Shown here: positions 57,727 to 64,000 of the stretch, piece after piece
How the letters are laid out: every line of letters starts with the position of its first letter
How positions within the stretch are numbered: the stretch's first letter is position 1
From: Candidatus Tayloriibacteriota bacterium
GTDB lineage: Bacteria; Patescibacteriota; Minisyncoccia; Phycocordibacterales; CAIRYW01
Direction of reading: 5' to 3'
DNA: 64,000 nucleotides
NCBI GenBank assembly: GCA_028286725.1
Contig: JAQBQZ010000009.1
Coordinates: 1,408-65,407 of the forward strand
Notes under the pieces: generated by a model
Database searches by the model: none
What the model saw: only the letters and a program-made list of their open reading frames with translations
What the model was told of the DNA's origin: nothing
Position numbers and translations under genes: made by a program

Positions 57727-58314
57727 CTAATTAAAATCCGTCATCCCCTTCTGCAAACTATCAGTAACAATTACTTCGAGAGCTCCGCACACCTTCTTTC
57801 CTACCTTCTTTATAATATCTAATTCTGGTTTTTTGAAATCTCCTACAATAAAATCGAGCATCTTTTCGTGATCTGGTTTTTTGAGCTTTCCTGTTGGAGT
57901 TGTAGGACAGATCCCAATTCTAACTCGAGCAAATGCTTCACTTTTGACACTTCGAACGATCGATTCAATACCTTTATGTCCTCCGCTCCCTCGATTAAAT
58001 ACAATCTTCATACTTCCCAAAGGTAGATCGAGATCATCCTGAATAACAATTAATTTCTCAAGTTTCTTTGGACTACCGGCTAAATCTTTAACCGAAATTC
58101 CAGACTTGTTCATAAATGTTTGAGGCTTCACAAGCAACACTTTTTCACCACTCACTTCAGCTTTTGAGATAAGTGAATCTCTCGTATTATCTCTTTTCCA
58201 ATCGCTTCCTTCATTTTTCTTTGCGAACTGGTCGAGAATAATCATTCCCGCATTATGTCGAGTATTTTCGTATTCTTTTTCTGGATTTCCGAGTCCAACA
58301 ATTATATAGCCCAT
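57727..58314 (-). CDS. pth: peptidyl-tRNA hydrolase
   Basis: MGYIIVGLGNPEKEYENTRHNAGM N-terminus with the catalytic His. 195 aa. Confidence 0.9.
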   Translation of the reverse strand: MGYIIVGLGNPEKEYENTRHNAGMIILDQFAKKNEGSDWKRDNTRDSLISKAEVSGEKVLLVKPQTFMNKSGISVKDLAGSPKKLEKLIVIQDDLDLPLGSMKIVFNRGSGGHKGIESIVRSVKSEAFARVRIGICPTTPTGKLKKPDHEKMLDFIVGDFKKPELDIIKKVGKKVCGALEVIVTDSLQKGMTDFN

Positions 58315-58316
58315 AA

Positions 58317-58973
58317 ATGTATATTAAAATAATATTTTGTATTTACAAAATTAGTATTAGGATGTTAATTTTGCCTTGCGTCAATAAGCACTTATATAAT
58401 ATCATTGTGTTACCAATGGAACAACAAAAGAAAAAAGGTATCGTGAGAGATTTTTTTGAAGCGTTCATTATCGCACTTTTGATAGCGTTACCTATCAAAT
58501 ATTTTGTTGCATCCCCCTTTATAGTTCGACAAACTTCGATGTTCCCAACATTTAAAGATGGCAACTACTTAATCGTTGACAAACTCTCATACAAATTTGA
58601 AGCACCGAAAAGAGGTGAAGTGATTGTTTTCAAGCCGCCTTTTGATAACACAACATATTTCATTAAGAGAATTGTCGGGCTTCCAGGAGAAACAGTGATC
58701 GTCGATAACGAAGGCGTCACAATCAAAAATACTGAGCATCCAGAGGGATTCAAACTCAATGAGCCATACGTATCTTCTTCAAGAGACAATGCAGTCACGA
58801 CAGTTCTCGACAACGATCATTATTTTGTTATGGGTGACAACCGCTCTGTCAGTTCTGATTCTCGAAACTGGGGACCTCTCCCAAAAGAAAACATCAGCGG
58901 ACGAGCACTCCTTCGACTCTTCCCTTTGAGCAGTCTCGATTATATGCCAGGCAAATCAACAGATAACGAATAG
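58317..58973 (+). CDS. lepB: signal peptidase I
   Basis: S26 motifs: box B with the SMFPTF Ser, box D GDNRSVSSDSR and box E. The likely start is MEQQKKK at 58413. Confidence 0.85.
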   Translation: MYIKIIFCIYKISIRMLILPCVNKHLYNIIVLPMEQQKKKGIVRDFFEAFIIALLIALPIKYFVASPFIVRQTSMFPTFKDGNYLIVDKLSYKFEAPKRGEVIVFKPPFDNTTYFIKRIVGLPGETVIVDNEGVTIKNTEHPEGFKLNEPYVSSSRDNAVTTVLDNDHYFVMGDNRSVSSDSRNWGPLPKENISGRALLRLFPLSSLDYMPGKSTDNE

Positions 58974-59001
58974 AATCAATGAGGTTTAGTATTCAAAGAC
59001 A

Positions 59002-60276
59002 ATGCCGAAAATAAAACCTAAATCTAAAATAAAAATGCAGAAGAAAAAAACTAACGAGAAGTTAGCAGATAAAAAAGTTATTGAAAAAGAACCAGCCCAG
59101 ATATCTCCTGAATTTGAAATGGCAGAATGTGCCGCAAAGCACTTTGGATTCATAAAGCTCCCTGAAGTCGAAATTGAAAAGAATGATCTTCTCGGTGCAA
59201 AGAAATTCAGCGAATCACATCTCGCCATTGTAAAGCCATGGACTGAAGACTGCGACAGATACCAAGGATTTCTCGAAGAAAAAATCTCAATAATGCGAAA
59301 CTACATCGATAAGAAATGGTCTAACATTGCACTCCCTCTTTTGGGTTATTATATAGGACCCATAAAAGGCAATCCCCATCTCAAACGAAATACAGATAAC
59401 AAGACGTTCAATCTTGAGATCATCGGTGCGCAAAAAGCTATTGCTGAAGCGATGATTATCGAGACTGCATTTGTGATCCTTAAGGAAAGATACCCTGGAG
59501 AAGAAATGTTTGTTGAGATCAACTCGATCGGAGACAAAGAATCAATGGCAAGATTTGCAAAAGAACTTCAAAACTATGTCAAAAAAGAAATCAATAAGCT
59601 CCCTCTCGAATTCCGATCTGAAATAAAAAAGGATGTATTCAATCTATTCAATTTAAAGAATCCAAAAGCATTTGAGTTTGTTGAGAATGCGCCAAAACCA
59701 ATGTCATTCCTCTCTGATACAAGCAGAACTCATTTTAAAGAAGTGCTGGAATTCCTCGAATCGCTCAATATCCCTTATGAAATAAATCACAAGCTCATTG
59801 GTAGTCGAAGCTACTGTTCAGAAACGATCTTTGAGATCAGAAGCCAAAAGGAAGTCTTTGCGATCGGAGAAAGATATAACGGTCTTGCAAAAAAAGTTTG
59901 GGGCAAAAAAGATGTTCCTGCAATCGGTGTCACCTTACATATCCATCCTCACTATGTTCAAAACCTCAAAAAGAAGGCTGCGAAAGAAGAGTCGCCTAAG
60001 TTCTATTTCATTCAGTTTGGAGACACTGCAAAAAAAAGAAGCCTGACTATCATCGAATCACTCCGTAAGGCCAAGATCCCAGTACATCAATCCCTCTCAA
60101 AAGATAAGCTTTCAGTCCAGCTCACTCAGGCAGAAAAGATGAACATTCCCTACATTATTATGATGGGTCAAAAAGAAGCGATCGAGAACACTGTTGTCGT
60201 TCGACATATGATGACTCGCGCTCAAGATACGGTAGAAATAGACCTTTTGGTAAGCCATATAAAGGGACTGAGATAA
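59002..60276 (+). CDS. divergent histidyl-tRNA synthetase-like protein (HisRS/HisZ-like class II core plus anticodon-binding domain)
   Basis: Class II-like core (FNLEIIGAQKAIAEAMII resembling HisRS motif 2) but lacking a clear RYERPQ signature. The C-terminus IPYIIMMGQKEAIENTVVVRHMMTRAQDTVEID matches the HisRS anticodon-binding domain. Lys-rich N-terminal extension. Confidence 0.5.
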   Translation: MPKIKPKSKIKMQKKKTNEKLADKKVIEKEPAQISPEFEMAECAAKHFGFIKLPEVEIEKNDLLGAKKFSESHLAIVKPWTEDCDRYQGFLEEKISIMRNYIDKKWSNIALPLLGYYIGPIKGNPHLKRNTDNKTFNLEIIGAQKAIAEAMIIETAFVILKERYPGEEMFVEINSIGDKESMARFAKELQNYVKKEINKLPLEFRSEIKKDVFNLFNLKNPKAFEFVENAPKPMSFLSDTSRTHFKEVLEFLESLNIPYEINHKLIGSRSYCSETIFEIRSQKEVFAIGERYNGLAKKVWGKKDVPAIGVTLHIHPHYVQNLKKKAAKEESPKFYFIQFGDTAKKRSLTIIESLRKAKIPVHQSLSKDKLSVQLTQAEKMNIPYIIMMGQKEAIENTVVVRHMMTRAQDTVEIDLLVSHIKGLR

Positions 60277-60296
60277 GTATTCAAGTAACAAGTACA

Positions 60297-60333
60297 AACA
60301 AAGTGCATCGCGGCTAGGCTGCGATGCACTTTG
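60297..60333. terminator. bidirectional terminator
   Basis: CAAAGTGCATCGCGGCtagGCTGCGATGCACTTTG. Confidence 0.7.
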
Positions 60334-60454
60334 AATCTTTTTGAGACTTGCCCACTTGGGAACTTGCCACCTTCCACATAATTAATCCAATCCAAAACCT
60401 CAGAAAAACCTATACTGTATAACATTTGCAGAGTTCAGGGACTTATGTTAATAT

Positions 60455-60709
60455 GTGGGAATGTCAACAAACGTAGCAGTAGAAAAAAACGCAACAGAAA
60501 ACAACGTAAATCTTATTAGACGATTCACTAAGCGAGTCCAGGAATCTGGTATCGTTAAGCGAGTACGAGGTATCCGATACGAAGAACGAGCTCGTTCACA
60601 CTATGTGAGCAAGAAGAAGACTCTCGAAGTCATCAAAAGACGAGCAGAACGAGAAAGACTTCTCAAACTCGGAAAGATCTCACTTCTTCCAAAGAAACGA
60701 AAGAAATAA
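60455..60709 (+). CDS. rpsU: 30S ribosomal protein S21
   Basis: LIRRFTKRVQESGIVKRVRGIRYEERARSHYVSKKK matches the S21 core ([33 protein letters not shown]). The likely ATG start is at 60461. A candidate promoter TTGCAG-16-TTAATA lies at 60426-60453. Confidence 0.65.
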   Translation: MGMSTNVAVEKNATENNVNLIRRFTKRVQESGIVKRVRGIRYEERARSHYVSKKKTLEVIKRRAERERLLKLGKISLLPKKRKK

Positions 60710-60714
60710 TACTA

Positions 60715-61107
60715 ATGGAAAGTAACATAACAATTACTTACAAATCAAAAAGCAATTCATTCAAAATCGATGAATTGCTTTTTGGTAATATAAAAAGTGC
60801 AGCCTTGGGCAAAAAGTACGAACTCTCGGTGGTATTCATTGGTCCCAAAGAGATGCAAAAGATTAATCTTACCTATCGAAACAAAGATTACGCAACTGAC
60901 ATATTGAGCTTCCCTCTTTCCGAAACCTCAGGTGAAATATTTATTTGTCGCCAAAAGGCAGACCAAAAATCAAAAGAATACGATCGAGAAAAACTGAATT
61001 TTCTCTATTTTCTCTTTATACACGGACTTGTGCATTTGAAAGGATTCGAACATGGTAGTAGAATGGATAAAGAAGAAGAAAAATTCCGCAAAAAATTCAA
61101 GATCTAA
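60715..61107 (+). CDS. ybeY: rRNA maturation endoribonuclease YbeY
   Basis: TDILSFP and HGLVHLKGFEH (the H..LHL.G.DH zinc motif). 130 aa. Confidence 0.85.
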   Translation: MESNITITYKSKSNSFKIDELLFGNIKSAALGKKYELSVVFIGPKEMQKINLTYRNKDYATDILSFPLSETSGEIFICRQKADQKSKEYDREKLNFLYFLFIHGLVHLKGFEHGSRMDKEEEKFRKKFKI

Positions 61108-61188
61108 ATTTTGAATTTTAGGAAATTTCTTTTTAATCTTAATTTATAATTCTATTTATCCTCGCCCTCTAAAGTTTTATTTATCGTT

Positions 61189-61443
61189 ATGCAATATGTT
61201 TACATTTTGCAAAGTAAAACAGATCTCAATTTATATATTGGTTGTACAAATGATATAAAAGGACGCCTCATATTGCATAACAACAAAAAAGTTGGTTCGA
61301 CAAAGGAACGTGCACCGTTTATACTTATACATTATGAAGCGTTTTTAGATCCTGTAGATGCTTACAATAGAGAAAAGTATCTAAAAACGCGTTGGGGTAG
61401 AAATTTTATAATAAAGAATCTCACCAACTTTTTTAATAGATAA
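61189..61443 (+). CDS. GIY-YIG nuclease domain protein (UPF0213-like)
   Basis: YVYILQS...LYIGCTNDIKGRLILHN, i.e. the GIY and YIG elements plus a conserved Arg. 84 aa. Confidence 0.7.
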   Translation: MQYVYILQSKTDLNLYIGCTNDIKGRLILHNNKKVGSTKERAPFILIHYEAFLDPVDAYNREKYLKTRWGRNFIIKNLTNFFNR

Positions 61444-61458
61444 AATTTTCTAGGGTAA

Positions 61459-62667
61459 ATGTCTCAAAAAATCTCAGTCGGTATAGATATTGGAAGCTCA
61501 ACTATTAAAGTAATAGTTGTTGAATCTCTACGCGAAGACAAATCAAAGCCTCGCGTTATTGGCGTGGGCTATGCTGAGTCTGATGGTCTTCGACACGGAT
61601 ACATCACGAGTCCTGAAGATGCGGCCAAAGCTCTTCGCCGTGCGATACACGAAGCACAGAAAACTTCTGGATACAAAATCGAGAAGGCATACTTTGGTAT
61701 TGGATGCGCAGGACTCGAAGGAGTTGTAGGCAGTTCAATCCTCGAACTCGGCACAAAAGAAACCGTCGTTACTACAAGTGACATCGAGCAAGCTCTTGAA
61801 CTCTGCCAGAATGAACTGAATGCGACAGTCACCCGAAACCGAGAAGTCCTTCACGCGATCCCTCTTAGCTTCAAAATTGACGGTAAGCAAATATTTGGAA
61901 AGCCTCAAGGAATGTCAGGACTGAATCTTGAAGTTAAAGCAATCTTCATCACAGCGCTCTCACAACACTTAAATAGTCTTCTTGAAACTGCACGACTCGC
62001 TGGTATTGGAATTGAGGATATTGTCGCTTCTCCTATCGCCGCAAGCATCACCCTCCTTTCAAAATCTCAGCAGGTTGCAGGATGCGGACTCCTCATTGTT
62101 GGAAGCGAATCAGTGTCACTTAGTATCTTTGAAAACGGAGTACCAATCTCTGTTGAAGTCTCACCCCTTGGAAGCCGCGATATCACAAATGATCTTGCGC
62201 TCGGATTTAAAGTGTCTCTCGAAGAAGCGGAGCGCATCAAAATGTCTCGTCCTGAAAGTCTTCCTTATCCCCGAAGAAAATTAGAAGAGATCGTCAAAGC
62301 AAGACTCGAAGATACTTGCGATTTTGTTCACACAACTTTAAAGAAAATTGGAAAGAACGGACTCTTGCCTGCTGGAATTTTAATTACCGGCGGAGGAGCG
62401 ATGAGTGTATACATTGAGGAACTCGTAAAGGAAAAATTAAAACTTCCAGCAAAAAAAATTGGAATAAAATTTGACGGTGAAACAAAATTTCCATTAAATG
62501 ACGCAACTTGGTCTATCGCATACGGACTTGGCATGATCGGAATAGAAAGAGGTGGAGAATCTGGTGGTGATTTTAACTTTGGTGGCACATTTATCAAGTC
62601 AGCAAGAAGTGGATTTATGCGATCCCTCAAAAAACTAGGTAAGCTCATAAAACGGATACTTCCGTAG
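61459..62667 (+). CDS. ftsA: cell division protein FtsA (actin-like ATPase)
   Basis: VGIDIGSSTIKVIV phosphate-1 motif, actin-fold motifs, and a position immediately upstream of ftsZ. Confidence 0.85.
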   Translation: MSQKISVGIDIGSSTIKVIVVESLREDKSKPRVIGVGYAESDGLRHGYITSPEDAAKALRRAIHEAQKTSGYKIEKAYFGIGCAGLEGVVGSSILELGTKETVVTTSDIEQALELCQNELNATVTRNREVLHAIPLSFKIDGKQIFGKPQGMSGLNLEVKAIFITALSQHLNSLLETARLAGIGIEDIVASPIAASITLLSKSQQVAGCGLLIVGSESVSLSIFENGVPISVEVSPLGSRDITNDLALGFKVSLEEAERIKMSRPESLPYPRRKLEEIVKARLEDTCDFVHTTLKKIGKNGLLPAGILITGGGAMSVYIEELVKEKLKLPAKKIGIKFDGETKFPLNDATWSIAYGLGMIGIERGGESGGDFNFGGTFIKSARSGFMRSLKKLGKLIKRILP

Positions 62668-62807
62668 AAAAATCCTCTAATATCCTTGTAAAATAAGGAT
62701 TGATTCGGAAACAAGAGCAGAATAGTGTCAACACTATTGTTTTTAGCCTTTGTTTGCTATGATAACGCCATAGGAGGAAAGATAAGAAATAATCCATAAA
62801 CCCATAT

Positions 62808-63959
62808 ATGCCACAAATAAAACCAGAAGTAGAGACATTCGCACGAATAAAAGTAATCGGTATTGGAGGTTCAGGAAAGAACGCGCTCAACCACATGATT
62901 AATGCCAAAGTAAAAGGTGTTGATTTTATTTCTGTAAACACTGATGCGCAAGATCTCCACAACTCACTCGCAAAGAAAAAAATTCACATTGGAAAGAATC
63001 TTACAAAAGGTCTCGGAGCTGGAATGAATCCAGAAATCGGAAAGCGAGCAGCCGAAGAAACAAAAGAAGAAATTCAAGAAGCAATCAAAGGTGCTGACAT
63101 GGTATTCATCGCAGGTGGAGAAGGGGGAGGAACAGGAACAGGTGCGGCACCAGTTGTCGCAAAGACAGCAAAGGAACTTGGTACTCTCACAATCGCAGTC
63201 GTTACTCGACCATTCTCATTTGAAGGACAGCAGCGAGTGAAGCTCGCAGAAGCCGGTATCGACGAACTCCGAAAAGCAGTAGATGCGATTATCATCATCC
63301 CTAACGATCGACTTCTCGCAACAGTTTCAAAAGACACAACAGCACGACAAGCATTCACAATGTGTGATGAGATCTTGAAGCAAGCGGTTGAAGGTATTTC
63401 AGACCTCATCACAACTCCAGGGGTTATCGGTAACATCGACTTCGCTGATATTCGAGCAGTTCTCGAGAATGCAGGTAGCGCTCTCATGGGCATTGGAACA
63501 GCGACAGGAGACAACAGAGCTATTGATGCAGCACGGGCAGCGATCAACTCCCCTCTCCTTGATGTTTCGATTACAGGAGCCAAAGGAGTTCTCTTCTCAA
63601 TTGCAGGTGGTGATGATCTTACAATGTTTGAGATCCAAGATGCTGCAAAACTCATCACTGACTCAGTAGATCCAAATGCAAAGATCATCTTTGGAACAGT
63701 GCACGATGACAAGCTTAAAAAAGGCGAAGTTCGAGTAACAGTAGTTGCTGCAGGATTCCCAAGTGAAGCTCCAAAGAAATCTCTTTTTGAAGGAAAGATC
63801 TTCAACAGTGTTACACCATCACAGACAACATCAGAACCAAAGGTTGAGATGCCAAGCAAAGCAATAGAAACACCAGCCACCGCACCAAAGCCAGATGAGG
63901 AAGATGAAGATGATTGGGGTTCAGTACCAGCGTTCCTCCGACGAAGTAAGCTCAAATAA
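62808..63959 (+). CDS. ftsZ: cell division GTPase FtsZ
   Basis: IKVIGIGGSGKNALNHM, the tubulin signature GGGTGTG and T7-loop region. C-terminal acidic tail with a conserved end (DDWGSVPAFLRR). Confidence 0.93.
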   Translation: MPQIKPEVETFARIKVIGIGGSGKNALNHMINAKVKGVDFISVNTDAQDLHNSLAKKKIHIGKNLTKGLGAGMNPEIGKRAAEETKEEIQEAIKGADMVFIAGGEGGGTGTGAAPVVAKTAKELGTLTIAVVTRPFSFEGQQRVKLAEAGIDELRKAVDAIIIIPNDRLLATVSKDTTARQAFTMCDEILKQAVEGISDLITTPGVIGNIDFADIRAVLENAGSALMGIGTATGDNRAIDAARAAINSPLLDVSITGAKGVLFSIAGGDDLTMFEIQDAAKLITDSVDPNAKIIFGTVHDDKLKKGEVRVTVVAAGFPSEAPKKSLFEGKIFNSVTPSQTTSEPKVEMPSKAIETPATAPKPDEEDEDDWGSVPAFLRRSKLK

Positions 63960-64000
63960 GCAAACCAAAAACTAAAACACCAACGACGCTTGAAGCGTCG

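Overview
This window looks like a low-GC, gene-dense bacterial chromosome segment of the Candidate Phyla Radiation / Patescibacteria type. Genes are small, surface proteins are giant and repeat-rich, and there are many tRNAs. I found no rRNA, CRISPR array, transposase or integrase.

Housekeeping genes are confidently recognisable from motifs:
- Replication and partition: dnaX, topA, gyrA, parB, dprA.
- Translation: serS, infB, rbfA, rpsA, rpsU, rpmG, pth.
- tRNA and rRNA modification: dus, miaA, ybeY.
- Division: ftsA, ftsZ and an FtsQ-like gene.
- Others: clpB, lepB, an IscS/NifS cysteine desulfurase, and a Mur ligase next to an interrupted FemAB-family gene.
- Seven tRNA genes: Gln, Leu-CAA, Trp, Tyr, Cys, Leu-TAA, Lys and Leu-TAG (eight in total).

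The accessory content is dominated by cell-envelope proteins:
- Two tandem paralogous giant surface proteins of 1343 and 2160 aa. Both end in a PG_binding_1-like domain. The larger one carries at least 45 tandem 28-aa two-cysteine repeats. A third, 297-aa protein carries the same C-terminal domain.
- A seven-gene array of paralogous 100-190 aa two-transmembrane proteins resembling VirB2/TrbC-type pilins, next to a membrane-anchored solute-binding-like protein.
- Two low-complexity surface proteins sharing a conserved C-terminal IPYTG + transmembrane + basic-tail module.
- A type IV prepilin-like gene.
- GC-rich islands (about 4.4-5.2 kb, 26.0-26.9 kb, 31.3-33.6 kb, 35.1-35.6 kb) encoding small secreted proteins and lipoproteins.

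The most unusual sequence-level signal is a genome-wide pattern of duplicated gene 3' ends:
- Five tRNAs are followed by long perfect palindromes or hairpins and then an inverted copy of their own T-arm/acceptor 3' half.
- Three tRNAs additionally have short direct repeats of their 3' ends bounding mini-segments.
- The clpB 3' end with its downstream hairpin exists as a four-copy dispersed repeat family.
- The rpsA 3' end (37 bp) and a degenerate pth 3' end are duplicated around a 0.7-kb cargo segment.
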